Assembly: GCF_021028975.2 (NCBI RefSeq)
Contig: NC_059439.1
Coordinates: 22,816,001-22,880,000, forward strand
Source of the DNA: Sphaerodactylus townsendi
Taxonomy: Eukaryota
Length of the DNA stretch: 64,000 bases
Direction of reading: 5' to 3'
Made by a program: the position numbers and the translations under genes. How positions within the stretch are numbered: the first letter of the stretch is position 1; each line of letters starts with the position of its first letter. The notes under the pieces are model-generated. The model was not told the DNA's origin. It saw only the letters and a list, made by a program, of their open reading frames with translations, and did not search any database. Shown one piece after another: positions 1 to 12,427 of the stretch.

Positions 1-1292
1 GAGAAGTCTAGAAAGAGTAAGATGGTCTCTGAGTTATTGATTGGATTCATATTAAGAGACCAATTTGATTGCTGCTGGTCTTAATGCACTCTCTATTATC
101 AAGCCATCCACTGGTCTTTGGACTTTCTGTTATTTTTCTAGCATCAGCGTCGTGCAGGTACTTACCATTAAAGTTAGTAGACTTTCAAGGGAGATTCCTC
201 CTATGGTGCCTTGCATTTATTATCAGTTCAACTACTGTGGTGCTGACTCAACAAAGCAGCAGTGGCTTCGCTCCAAACAGGGGATCATCTCATCTTAGGT
301 TAAAAGGTCTCAGTTAAAAGGTTGTCTCTGTGTCATTCCCATGTAGGTCATTAGACCTCAGGCTGGACACAAGGGAAGATAGTCCTCAAATAATAATAAT
401 AATGAAAGTTTCCTAGCAATTCCACAAAACAAACAAACAAAACACAACCTCAAATTGTAGGCAGGTCCTCAGTCAGGAAAGAGAGAATGTCTACATATTT
501 CAAGTACTTAGATTGAGATGTAAGCGATTCATTGACATAAGAATATCATTTACTTTTTTTTGTTTTCCTAGTTTCTATAGTTTCAACCCAACCCAGATTG
601 GGGCTGGTGGAGAGGGATGACATGCTCCAGCACCTCCTTGCCCACCTCCAAAGAGGCTTTTGTGCCATGGGATGCTTGAAAATAGAAAACCCATAAAGGA
701 TATAGGACAGATTCCATCAGTGCTCAGGGTCTTGAGGGGCAGTAGAAGCTGACTAGATTGAATCTTCCCCTTGGCCCACCCTTGGACATGCCCCCCAAAC
801 ATGCCAGTGTAGCTTTCTGTGTGCCAGTGGGCCTAAGGAAGGTCAGCAGCTTCTGGATCAGGTGCAGGTGGGCGATGCTTATCCAACATAAAGGGCGAGT
901 AAAGAAAAAACAAAGTTAGTTCATACAGAGTATAGATCAACCCAGTGTTTCTCGTGACAGGTGAATAGGTCTCCTTGAGCAATTAAGATTATCGTATTTG
1001 TGACTCGAGTAGCTATGGAGATAGGAGTCATCAACTTTTTTTAAAAAAAATAGGGAACAATATCTATTGCCATCTATCTTATGCCATCTAAAAATATCTA
1101 TATACCTTTTTTGAACTGAAAAGGTATCACTCAGGATTACAACCTGCCAAGAGTGAACATCCTGGGGCAAATGTTAGTAAAATGTCAGTAGGGAGAATCC
1201 ACTGTGTCTCTTGCTACCTCCTAGTAGCATTTTCAAAAAAGATGAGGAGTAAAGGCTGGAAAACAATTGGATTTTCACTCTTCCTCCTGTCC

Positions 1293-2040
1293 AGAAGAAG
1301 AAGAGTTTGAATGTATATCCCCCCCCCTTTCTCTCCTGTAGAAGACTCAAAGGCAGTGATGGCGAACCTTTTTGAGACTGAGTGCCCAAATTGCAACCCA
1401 AACCCCACTTATTTATTGCAAAGTGCCAACCTGGCAATTTAGCCTGAATGCTGAGGTTTTGGTTCCCTCTTCCTCCGCCCCACCAGCTTGAGCAGGAGCC
1501 AGCCTGCTCTAGCCTCTAGCAAGTCCCTTGCGCACCGCTCTGTACCTCTCTAGCATTTCTGCCTCCTCTGTGCCCGCCCCCTCGGGCAGCAGTCATTTCA
1601 AGAGCACAGGCACCAGGCCCGCCAGTCGAGTCCTCCCTGCTCACTGCAGTGTGCGCATGTCGTGCTCAGTGGCCCAGGCAACTGTGTGTGTGTGTGTGTG
1701 GGGGGGTGATTTTCCACCCCCACATGACAAACTCTGTGTGCACGTGCCCACAGAGAGGGCTCTGAGTGCCACCTCTGGCACCCGTGCCATAGGTTCGCCA
1801 TCACTGCTCAAAGGGGTTTACAATCTCCATTCCCTTCCCCCCTCACAACCAACACCCTGTGAGGTGGATGGAGCTGAGAGAGCTCTGAAAAGCTGTGACT
1901 AGCCCAAGGTCACCCAGCTGGCATGGGTTGGAGTGCACAGGCTAATCTGAATTCCCCAGATAAGCCTCCACAGCATAATCAAACCTGGTTCCTCCAGATT
2001 AGAATGCACCTGCTCTTAACCACTATGCCACTGCTGCTCC
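1293..2040 (-). mobile_element. Squam3-like tRNA-derived SINE, interrupted by a hAT MITE
   Basis: Minus strand begins GGAGCAGCAGTGGCATAGTGGTTAAGAGC (tRNA A-box-like head) and ends in a (TCT)n tail. The two halves rejoin across the 8-bp TSD of the nested MITE. It resembles the plus-strand copy at 21815. Confidence 0.7.
1354..1806. mobile_element. non-autonomous hAT DNA transposon (MITE)
   Basis: TIR CAGTGATGGCGAACCT...AGGTTCGCCATCACTG, with a perfect 8-bp TSD CTCAAAGG at 1346-1353 and 1807-1814. Confidence 0.92.
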
Positions 2041-2149
2041 AGAGGGAAAAAAATGGTTAAAACATTCCATTCAAACACCGAGAGGGGATTCTTCATGATC
2101 ATCATCCGCCTGGTGGTGCCTCAAAGGTGCAGTTTCCCCTTGTTGCATT

Positions 2150-2365
2150 TTCTAAAAAAAATATTAAAAGGGATATCTCAAAGCTGGTCAATTACACATT
2201 ATTGCCACTATGGGGATGCCTTGGCCAGGGATAACACAAGTAAGCAGCAGTTCACAAATAGATGGAAGGCAACTGGATCAAGTATTTTTCAGAGGCCCAT
2301 AGAAAATAGTTGGAAACCATGAAAAAAAAGATTAAGAAATAACACCAAGAAATCGGAAGGTAAGT
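2150..2365 (+). promoter_or_regulatory. candidate promoter and 5' non-coding exon of the OR at 4773
   Basis: O/E-like sites (CTATGGGGA, GCCAGGGA), CAATTA homeodomain core, and a consensus donor AAG|GTAAGT at 2360. A matching acceptor TTCATCTAG lies just upstream of the OR ATG. Confidence 0.35.
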
Positions 2366-2930
2366 ATTTTATTTTGCCCTTTTCCTCTCCTTCCATCCTC
2401 CTTAATTCTGTAACGAATGGGAACTGGGTACTTGGATTCGGCTGAATTAAATGTTGTTGTTTTCTTTTTTCTGTTTGAAACCATCTTCATTCATTTGAAT
2501 GAAGTTTAGAAGAAGTAAACCCATAGGGGATTTATAGATTGTGCTGAAGGTTAGAAGTAAAATATCAATGGGGAAATAATGCTCCGTAAATGGGGCGATT
2601 AAGGACTGAACCAGCGTTTTTTGGTGGTGAAAATGACAACTTGCTGTCTTTGTATTTTTGTAATCTCAGTCCACTTTCAAAATTTCAAGGATGACACACA
2701 TGATTCTCACTTACTTTTTTTAATCAGTTGGGCACAATAAATGACAGACTCAAGGTTATGAAGTGATCTGTGAGGCTGAGCAGAGATTCAGTCCTAGGGC
2801 TTCCTCACACAAGAACAATACTTCAATTCCTCTACCACATTGTTTCAGTTTCTTATTACTTGATACATGAGAGGATAACATTGTTGGGTGGGGTGTTTGC
2901 CGTGTTTTCCTAAATTTAAGCATAATCTTG

Positions 2931-3483
2931 GGCCGTTTCCGCAAATGCAAGCGTGACGGCTGGGTCGGCAGCACCAGCCGACCGAAACATGCTTTGGACC
3001 GTCCCGCCGCGGACGGTCCTGGGAAGAGGCGGCAGCCGGCACTGCATGAAGCGCCAGGCGCCTGCGGCGCATTGACGCCGTCCTCTGGGCCTTCCGGGCA
3101 GTAGTGGCCGAGGCCTGGGGACATGCCCCCCCCCCTGGCCCTCTTGGCGCTACTGCTCGAAGCGGGCGCGGGGCAGAGGCGTCCTGATCTCCCAGCCTCG
3201 GCGGATGCCCAGGGACAAACCGTGAGTGTCGGGCGTGGGGGCGCCCGTGAAGCCGCTGCCGTTAATTTCGGGCAGCGGGCTTCATGGCGTACAGATTCCA
3301 AAAGAGCGCTTCTTGGCGTTCTCCAGGAATCACGACTGCTTGAACCAGTCACCCGGCGGGCAGCGGCGGAAGCGGCGCAGCTGGCGGCTGCAGCTCGCGC
3401 CGCCCGTCGCGAAATCAGCAGCCTGAGCGGCGTTTTACCGTCTCCAGGTCAGCCATTTTCGTCGCCGATCGCGGGAAGCGGCC
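2931..3483. mobile_element. CpG-rich PIF/Harbinger-type MITE
   Basis: TIR GGCCGTTTCCGC / GCGGGAAGCGGCC, flanks TTG/CTG. Shares internal blocks with the element at 6886. Confidence 0.7.
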
Positions 3484-4772
3484 CTGGCTTGCTGGGTGCT
3501 ACAGAGCTTTTCAAATAGACTGTCACCAGTTTAACCAGCTTACATTTTGATTCCTATGCAGCACTGGGGGTGGAGGGGGGTGAGAATCCCACATTCTAAA
3601 AATAACATTTTAAAAAGTAGCCATAGGTACTTTGAAAAACATTTTTTTGGGAAAGCAAATGCTAATTTGGAAGGATTTTTTTCCTTTTCCATTTTTGTAT
3701 ATCATAGAAAAAACAAACAAGGCACTCTTTCAAACTAGCAATCTCTGCACTGAAAACCAAGAAATAAAAACTATCCTTTCAGAATACAAAGGATAGGGCT
3801 TGCTGTCTTTCTTGAAGAGGTTGTTCTTTGTTTCCATCACAGCATATACATTACTACAATCTCAGCATCAAGAAAGTAATTTCTTTGAACTTACTACCTT
3901 CTATAAGAAAAAATTGGGGAAAACTTTGCAGTGAAGGGAAAATTTACTTCAGACTGTTCAAGGGATCTCCTGTGGGTCAAATTTAAATTTGGAAGGTAAT
4001 AGAGATGAGAGCAGAGTTACAGTTTGGTTTTGAAATCCATTCTAATCAGATTTTTCCAAAAATTTCTGGAAATTTACACATACTAAAACACCTACCCAGT
4101 TAGTTCAACTTTGTACGGTATGAAATATGAAGTTAATCACCTCAGATGGTCCGTACTGAGAACACAGAAATTTAAATTTTAAGACTGTTCAGCCAATCAT
4201 TTTTCCAGTAAATAGTCTGAATTTGGTGGGGGGGGGGGAGTGTTACTTAGAATGCTTAAATGAATTATTAGATTTGACAAAATGTGGTTGAATTGGGTCA
4301 GTGTTGAAAGCACTTCATGGACTTGCTAAGAAATAACAAATGTCAAAAAGGACTGGCTCATGAGGTTCTTTGTGACATGACCAATGAATATGTAGTACAT
4401 CTCCACTTTTAATGGAAACTGATGGAAATGCAAGTGCTTATGACAACATACAAATGTACATGGTTGACTAAGAGGTTGAACAATAAATTTCAGAACTGTT
4501 TTGTGATTTCTATAGGTTTATAAGTGGCTGATGAAGTTAAGAATTGTTTCCTTACTTGTTCAAGAAGGAGGAGAGGAAGCATGAAGAACACAAAGATGAT
4601 TCAAGCTTGATAATTTATTGGTCTAAGTTAACAGCATCAGATATATTAAAATAAAGTGCCAATTGCCCAATTTAGGACTTATAAAAGAAGAGGGAGGGCT
4701 AATGAGGTTATTTATAAATGGTTATTTATAACAGCGCAAAAATAATGCTCTTCATTCATCTAGGGCAACAAG

Positions 4773-5737
4773 ATGAAACATACTGAAATAAAGAACCAGA
4801 CTGTCATTACAGAGTTCCTATTAGTTGGTCTAACAAATTCCTTTGAAATACAAACTCTTCTCTTGTGGGTATTCATATTAATATATGCTATGGCTCTAGC
4901 TGGCAATTCTCTCCTCATCTTTACCATATGGAGATGCAGGAAACTTCATACTCCTATGTACTTCTTGCTCCTCAATTTGTCCTTTGTAAATGTGTTCTCT
5001 ATCTCCATTACAATTCCCAAACTTATCCAGACTCTTTTGGTCCATCATAAGAGCATCTCATTTTACGGCTGCATTGCACAGGCATATCTGTTCATCTGGG
5101 CTTTAGGAACTGAACTTCTCCTTCTATCGTTTATGGCATTTGACCGCTATGCTATGCTGCTATCTGCCATCCTTTGCAGTATACAGTCATTATGAGGAAA
5201 GAACTATGCATCGTGATGGCAGCAGGAGTGTGGGTTGCTGGGATGGTCAATTCAGCAGTTCATGCGGTACTTCTATTAGAGCTGTCATTTTGCAGCTCCA
5301 ATGTCATCAACCACTTTTTCTGTGACTTACCACAACTTTTTAAGCTCTCTTGCTCTGACACCAGCCTTAATGAGACCATGACATTTGCCTCAGATGTGGT
5401 CTTTGGTATTGGTTGCTGTGGGTTGACCCTAACATCATATTGGTTTATTCTGAGAGCTATCTTCCGAATCCGCTCCACCGAAGGAAAGAAGAAAGCTTTC
5501 TCAACCTGTTCTTCCCACCTGATTGTTGTCAGTTTTTACTTTTCAGCTGTCATCTACACATATATCAGGCCAACCTCTGTATACTCTTTAGACAATGACA
5601 AGCTAGTCTCTCTGCTTTATTCTGTGGTAACCCCAGTTGTTAACCCCATCATATATTCCTTGAGAAACAAAGAGGTCAAGAAAGCACTCAAAACACTTAT
5701 TGGAAGTGGTCAACTGCTTAACAGAATTGAAGACTGA
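4773..5737 (+). pseudogene. olfactory receptor (OR13G1/OR13A1-like) with a single 5-bp frameshift
   Basis: Motifs LHTPMYF, MAFDRY, KAFSTCSSHL and NPIIYSLRN are split over two frames. A tandem GCTAT duplication lies at 5146-5155; removing one copy restores DRYAAIC and a 319-aa ORF. Confidence 0.9.
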
Positions 5738-5958
5738 TGCACTAAAATCTCTAGAGCATACTTCAATACAGAATTGCAATACTTCAAAACAATTAAGTGA
5801 AAAAAAATGGAGCAAGGGAAAATCAAACTGATTCATTTTAGCTGATATGAAGAAGTATGTCCTATTTTAGTACTTGGGAATAGAGTTTATAGCATAAAAT
5901 GCCTACATAGAATCAGTTACACTGGGCTTTTGGATTTGTGTCGAAGTCACAATTCATT

Positions 5959-6087
5959 AGAACATAAGAACATAAGAACAAGCCAGCTGGATCAGACCAA
6001 AGTCCATCTAGTCCAGCTCTGCTACTCGCAGTGGCCCACCAGGTGCCTTTGGGAGCTCACATGTAGGATGTGAACGCAATGGCCTTC
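5959..6087 (-). mobile_element. CR1 LINE 3' end fragment
   Basis: (AGAACATA)n tail; reverse complement of the 3' UTR of the CR1 at 54288-54906. Confidence 0.8.
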
Positions 6088-6095
6088 ATTCATCC

Positions 6096-6236
6096 GGCCC
6101 TTTCCACACATGCTGAATAATGCACTTTCAATCCACTTTCACAATTGTTTGCAAGGGGATTTGGCTATTCTGCACATCTGCAAAGTGCATTGAAAGCGGA
6201 TTGAAAGTGCATTATTCGGCATGTGCGGAAGGGGTC
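6096..6236. mobile_element. short palindromic Harbinger-type MITE
   Basis: Long TIR GGCCCTTTCCACACATGCTGAATAATGCACTTTCAATCC; same family as 17060, 45614 and 45783. Confidence 0.8.
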
Positions 6237-6322
6237 ATCCAACTCTTACAATTAATTGTTGGAAAAACTGTGATGAAAGCTGATCGTTGATAATTGATAG
6301 TATCAACTTCAAAGTTGATACT

Positions 6323-7517
6323 ATACTAAAGCCTTTAGATTTCGGCTGTGTCTTCATTATCTTCCATATAATTATTCCCTTGTTTCCTTAATACTTTTAG
6401 TTAATCCCTGGTTTTCTCTGATTGAAAAGAAAATTGTATCTATTGGATTGTCTTTTAAATCACTCTACTCTCTTTCCTGTTCAGAAGCATAAAAACTATT
6501 CAAAAGCTGACTCTTAGATTGGGAATTTGCAGATTTATATCTAGCAGCTAAATGAACTTGTTCTCATACACAATATCTAATTCCACTTGATCAGGGTCGC
6601 ATAGCCCATTACTTATATTTTCTAACTAACCCCTGCTCAAGGAGAACTTTCACAATTGCTAGATTTAATGTCATGCCATCTGCCCTACTAAATGGCAGAT
6701 TTTATAACCTACAAAAATCTAAAAGCTTATGTAGCTGTAATACCAACATAGTTGAAATACTGGCTCACCAGCTATTACATTGCACTGGTTTTGCCAAAAT
6801 TAGATCTAAATATGTTAATTTACATCCTCTCTTCCAACCTCAGTTAACAGATTTGATTAAATTATTTCTCCTGCTGAATAACTCTGGCCGTTTCCAATAC
6901 CGAAGGTGGAAAGCGGCTGGAGTCAACGTTTCCTCGAGACGTACACCTCGACCAGCCGGCAACTAGGACGATCACGGACGGTCCTGGGGCTAACCGGGCA
7001 CCCAGCTACGCGGAGTGCTGGTGCTGCCCAACCGATCCAGCGCAGGCGCAGGGTAAGCATGTCCCAGGCCTCAGCGGACGCGCCGGAGGCCCGGGGACAA
7101 GGTTAGTGCCAGGTGGGGGAGGCGCCGTGGAAGCTGCTGCCATTAAACCGGGCGGCTTCCGCGGCGTTTCCCAAAAAAAGAGCACTGGGAAGCTCTGGGG
7201 AAGCAAGCCAGGCTTCAGGCGAGGCGGCGGCGAGAAGGCGTACGGCTGCGTTGCGGCAGTTGCGCCTATTGCGGTGCAAATGGTGGCCTGGAGACGGCGT
7301 TTTTACCGTCTCCAGGCCACCATGTAATGCCCGTGCGGAAACGGCCTCTGATTCTGTTTTTTTTTGTGAAGAGGTTGTGAGCTTTGTTATAGAAATAATC
7401 CAGAGTCAGTAAGTCTGTGGTTACCGCCTTCAAAACGTTATTGTTTGTTGTGTTTTGTTGTTGTTGTTCTGTTCATCAAGAGAAGAACATAAATAAAAGG
7501 CTTTGCTTTTCTTTGCT
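6323..7517 (+). mobile_element. 5'-truncated LINE (RTE-X-like) 3' fragment, interrupted by a MITE
   Basis: Decayed ORF (ARFNVMPSALLNGRF...LAHQLLHC) homologous to the element at 49979. AATAAAAGG(CTTTG)n tail and TSD TTGATACT (6315-6322, 7518-7525). The clade assignment is tentative. Confidence 0.75.
6886..7346. mobile_element. CpG-rich PIF/Harbinger-type MITE
   Basis: TIR GGCCGTTTCC / GGAAACGGCC with 3-bp TSD TCT. Excision restores the host LINE frame (LNNSDSVFFCEEV). Confidence 0.85.
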
Positions 7518-9013
7518 TTGATACTGCATGTTTATCTAGAGTAAACGTGTACATCAACCCTACTTGTTGCTAGGTGTGACGTCAAATTTAAATCTTGCTT
7601 GGTCCAACAATCAGTAAAGGAGGATGAAAAAGTGAAAAGAATGCATTTATAATAATTTCTAAACCTCTTAATTACAGCATAAGTATCAAACTAATAATGC
7701 CTACAGCTGCATTAATTCATTTGGCTTGATACTATTTTAATATTTTGTAAATAGTTTTGTAAATAGTGTAATAGTTTTTGTTCAGACAATCTCTTTTCTT
7801 CTTTTTGGTTAAATATTGCAATTTTATTTATAAACTGCTTTCTTTCCATAGCTCTTTTTTGTCATTTGGAAAAAAAAGGAAAATAATTTGACTTGTTCCC
7901 TAAATGCCTATTGGCTACTAACAGAATAGTGCATACATTTTAAACTGTGGTAAAACAGATTTTTCATCTACCTGAGTTCATGTGCTTCATTTTCAGTTTC
8001 TTAAATGTATGACTTGTATTGTACTTCTCCTTTTGTCCCCTGACCATAAACAATTCCCAATTTTAGGACCTTTTTGGTAATTATTGTTATTATTAATGTA
8101 ATCATTGTTATCTTTATTGTCATAGATTACAACTTGACATTGCTGAACTTGAATCATTCACAAATTCAGAAAAAATAGACACCTCAGGGCCAAATAGGAG
8201 CAGAGGATTCTTACCTTGCCTGCATTTTGTACTTGAAACCATTTCTCTCCTGTTTTAATCAAACTGGTTACATTTTGCACTGTACCTTAGCATCCTGACT
8301 CCCTTTGGGGGTGAGTTATGTCTGCCTAAGACAACCACAGTTTCCAAATTGAAAAAAGAGGCTGTAATTGAATCAGCTTCCTCCCACCTTCAGATACTCT
8401 CTGACTTAGTAACTAAGCCAAGTGACACAGTCATTAGCTTAGCTTTCCAAATACTTAATTTAATGGTTCTTTCTTGCCTTTCCTCCAGAAGACTAGTGCT
8501 TGCTTTGTCCTGGGAGATCAGGGTCACTCTGCATATCCTGAGAGCCTAATTCTTCCTATAAATAGACCCTTCTCCAAGAACCTAATATTCTCTGGATATC
8601 TGTCTGTCTAGTCAATATTATCCCCAATGTATTGCTTCTTCTACTACTATTGGAGTTTAGTGCAGATCACTGGACTCTGTTTCTCAGACAACTCCTCTGA
8701 AAGATATGATAAATATTGCCTTAATTTCCCCAAACTTTCTGCTTTTCCACACAACACTATCTAAATCCTAGCCCTGTGTGAACTCTGCTGCTTTGATTAT
8801 TGTATGTTTATACATTATTATTTTACCTTAATAAAATTGTTAAACTTTTACCTCATTCTCCTGTGAATTTCTTACAGGGACTCATCTCCATAAAAGTTGG
8901 CAACAAAGATTTTAATCTTTCCAGACCTTTCATTAAGCCAGGTCTGCCCCTTGCTAATTCCCCACTCCAAGAGGGAACAGAACCCATCAGTTTGGGGAAC
9001 ACCATGTTGTAGA

Positions 9014-9495
9014 GGCCCCTTCCGCATGGAGGCAGAAGGGGTTGGGTCGGCGTAATGAACGCTGACCCGAAGAGCTAAGGACCCGTCCATGGGCGGTATA
9101 TCCCAGAGCTGCTGGGATAGCGGCACCGTCGCAGTGCGAGGCGCCTCGGCCCGACCCACCTCTTCCCCGTCCTTCCCCACTTTCACCTGCGTCAGCCGTC
9201 GTTGGCCCACTGTCCTCCGTGGAGCCATGCTCCTCAGACGCTGCCCTCCGACCTCCAGGGGTCGGAGGACAGCGAGGGAGGGCCTTCGGAGGCCAGCAGG
9301 GCGACGACGGCGACGAGGTGAGTGGGGAAGGACGGGGACAACAGCGCATTCCTGGTGGTGCCATTCCTGGGGGAGGGGGAAGGGAGCCAGGTCGGCGCTG
9401 CTGTGTTTTGGCAGCGCCGCCTGTGCGAATGGCTCCCTGGGGATGGCGTTTTTGCCGTCCCCAGGGCGTCGTTATTGGCCCGTGCAGAAAGGGCC
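9014..9495. mobile_element. CpG-rich PIF/Harbinger-type MITE
   Basis: TIR GGCCCCTTCCGCATG / CGTGCAGAAAGGGCC and subterminal hairpin CCCTGGGGATGGCGTTTTTGCCGTCCCCAGGG. The TSD is not clean. Confidence 0.75.
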
Positions 9496-9688
9496 TCAGA
9501 GAGAACAGGGCAGTGAAGGCAGATGATGTCCTTTACATTGTATGAGACTTCCAGTACAACCGTGCTGGGGCAGGCATGAACATCAGCACTGATCCTCTGA
9601 CTCTGTGCTGCTCTGCTTGTTGCAGTGTGGGAACTTCCAAGTGCTTCGTGAATATCTTCAGTTTTAAGAGCACCCAGAGTTCCCAAGC

Positions 9689-9766
<78 letters not shown>
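9689..9766. repeat. (TTTC)n microsatellite
   Basis: Tandem tetranucleotide run seen directly. Confidence 0.95.
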
Positions 9767-9768
<2 letters not shown>

Positions 9769-9864
9769 ACAAAATCCCTCTCTCCTTATATGTGTGGGTG
9801 TGCATAAAATGACATCAAGCTTCACCCAACTTAAGATGATTCCATAAGGTTTTAGGGCAAGTGA

Positions 9865-9980
9865 GAAGCAGAGTGGGTTTGTCATTGCCTTTTGTTTGCA
9901 AAGTCCTTCCTGGTGGTCTTTCATTCAAGCACCATCTCTGCATAGTTTCCAAGATCTGATGACATCTGGCTATACTGCAC
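9865..9980 (-). mobile_element. degenerate 5S rRNA-derived SINE
   Basis: Reverse complement resembles 5S internal sequence (TAGCCAGATGTCATCAGATCTTGGAA...GACCACCAGGAA). Confidence 0.5.
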
Positions 9981-10240
9981 CATTCCACCACCCTCTCTAA
10001 AGCAATCACAAATATATGAAAGGAAAAAAACACTTGTTGTGCAAATTAATAAATTAATTTTTTTTAAAAAAATCTATTTTGCTTCTAATCACATTTAGAG
10101 TTTAGGGGGGCTCTCCTTTTTCTGTGTTTGTATTTTTGTTTTAAGCAGTAACCAGAACCATCTTCTTAAAGCAGGGATCTCTGCTTTAAGATTACATGCT
10201 AGGGTATAGTGGCGGGGGGGGGGGGGGTTAAGCACAAATC

Positions 10241-10340
10241 TTTTTGCCTTTTAAAATTTCTATGTTTGTTGTGTTTTGTTGCTGTTGTTCTATGTATGCC
10301 AATAAAGGCTTTGCTTTGCTTTGCTTTCCTTTGCTTTGTT
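10241..10340 (+). mobile_element. 100-bp 3'-end insertion of an RTE-X-like LINE
   Basis: AATAAAGG(CTTTG)n tail with a perfect 13-bp TSD TTAAGCACAAATC at 10228-10240 and 10341-10353. Confidence 0.8.
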
Positions 10341-11317
10341 TTAAGCACAAATCCCCTTAAAGTGACATGGTTGTAAAAAAACCCCTAACAGTATATTGCT
10401 TGGTTCTGCCATTTCTTCTTCCCAAGTTCCCTTTGATTGTAAGTCCTTCTCCAATCTTTTTTGGCAAAGAAGAATTGCTCTCAAAAAGTGACAGGCATCT
10501 GGAAGGCATCTGCTGTTTTTCTTCTTTTGGGGGGAGTTTGCGGCAAAGCCTTGTTTTTCCTTCTCCACCCCAGATGCTTGTTCTCCCCTACCACCTTTCT
10601 GTCCCTATGTTTTTGGATCTTTACAACATCATATGGCTCAGGCAGATTACTGCTTGGATGAAACTTCCTCAGCTGAAAGCTTCTGGAGTGGTTTCACTCC
10701 AACATCCAGGTCATGAGTCCATCGAAATGTGCTTCCTACGGCAACTGCCTGTCAGGCCTGTGCCATGCTTGGTCTGGCAGCTCGCAGGTACACAGCCTTG
10801 GAGCAACTATGAACATCGCCCAAGGCTATGGGACATCTGTCATTCACTCACAAGTAAACTAGCGATAGTGCTTAACTTCTACTTCTTATCTGCCTTCCTG
10901 AAGGAGTAGCCTGCCTGTCCCAAAAACAATGTCTCTTTCTCACTGTTCTTTCACATGCTGATATTATGGGAATGCAAGGGGGGGGGGTTCTGGGGTGAGT
11001 CAAACTGTAACTTACAGGTATATACTTGGGGTCAGAGAGCCAAACCTCAGTTTCAGCTGTCTGGCCATTGGGCTGACACAGTTCTAATAAAACTCTTGAA
11101 CCATTCTTGAGACTTGTTATTGACTGGGGTAACAGACCCTTATACTGCCCCATCCTCTAAGTGAGTACAAGCTGAGGATGGAATCAAGAATAAGGGCAGA
11201 CCAAGATTGCAGGAAGAGTGTCAGGGCTGCAGACTCAGATGAAGTCTGATAATGTGAAAAGAAGAGTCTACTTCCTTTCCTCAACTTTCAAAATGAGTTG
11301 AAGCGTTGACTGTCTTC

Positions 11318-11843
11318 GGACATTTCCGCACGGCCAAAAAACAGTGCCCTAGGGATGGAAAAAACACTGTCCCAGGGGTGCTGTTCGCACAGGAGTCCTC
11401 GCCCCGCACATTCTCGCCCCCCAAGCGATGCAAAGACACCACTTTCAAACTCGCTCGAGGGGCGAGGTTTTTGGAATATGCCAGCTTCCACTCGTTGCTA
11501 AGCAAACAGCAGCGGATGGAAGTCAGTGTATTCCCTGTGCCACTCCTAAATGGCTTCTTACCTTTTCCTGGCTTCTGTCACTCTGAGGAGGCCACGGGAC
11601 ATGCCTCATGGCCTCCGTCGCTGCAGCCGTTGCTGTGGCTTATGGAGGCATGTCCCCTGGCCTCCTCAGAGCAATGGAAGCCAGGACAAGGTAAGAAGCT
11701 GTTTGGGGGGGCTGTGTGGCTGTGCGGGGCCTGCTCCACCAGCTGCGCAGCCCGTGGGGCCGTTTGTGCGAATGGCCCCAGGGCTTGCATCCGCATGAAT
11801 CATGCTGATGCAGCCCTGCAAATCTGGCTGTGCAGAAACAGCC
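11318..11843. mobile_element. CpG-rich PIF/Harbinger-type MITE (older copy)
   Basis: Diverged TIR GGACATTTCCGCAC / GTGCAGAAACAGCC, subterminal hairpin near 11347, central inverted repeat with arms of about 55 bp. Confidence 0.65.
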
Positions 11844-11961
11844 TCAATCTCTATATACACAAAATCCTACAGTGTCACTTCCATGGCCACAATTTTGACT
11901 CCGCTCCAGAATTTAATTGTACTTAATTAGAAGATACTGTACATTTATATGTCTTGTACTT

Positions 11962-12170
11962 NNNNNNNNNNNNNNNNNNNNNNNNNNNNNNNNNNNNNNN
12001 NNNNNNNNNNNNNNNNNNNNNNNNNNNNNNNNNNNNNNNNNNNNNNNNNNNNNNNNNNNNNNNNNNNNNNNNNNNNNNNNNNNNNNNNNNNNNNNNNNNN
12101 NNNNNNNNNNNNNNNNNNNNNNNNNNNNNNNNNNNNNNNNNNNNNNNNNNNNNNNNNNNNNNNNNNNNNN
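11962..12170. other. assembly gap
   Basis: N run. Confidence 1.
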
Positions 12171-12296
12171 CTAATTTTTTCCTCGTTTCTCTGGATAGTG
12201 CACTAGTTATTTACTATGTTTATCAATTTTATCAGCTGTTATCAATTTCCTATTTTAGAACTGTGTAATCACCCTAGCTTTTTTATTGGCCTAGTG

Positions 12297-12427
12297 CCGT
12301 GGTGGTAAACCTTTGGCACTCCAGATGTTATGGACTACAATTCCCATCAGCCAATTGGCCATGCTGGCAGGTGCTGATGGGAATTGTAGTCCATAACATC
12401 TGGAGTGCCAAAGGTTCGCCACCACGG
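12297..12427. mobile_element. palindromic hAT (Charlie/URR1-like) MITE
   Basis: Near-perfect palindrome containing GGACTACAATTCCCATCAG; 8-bp TSD GCCTAGTG/GCCTAATG. Confidence 0.85.

Noticed and set aside
2756-3518. Long GC-rich ORFs (also at 8872-9686, 11306-11926 and 32117-32648)
   Set aside because: They coincide with GC-rich MITEs. Stop-poor composition explains them and they show no protein motifs.
10367-10909. 180-aa ORF
   Set aside because: No recognisable motifs or exon structure. It is probably decayed repeat sequence that I cannot classify.
11917-12268. ORFs spanning N runs (also at 20289, 28305 and 46011)
   Set aside because: Gap artefacts.
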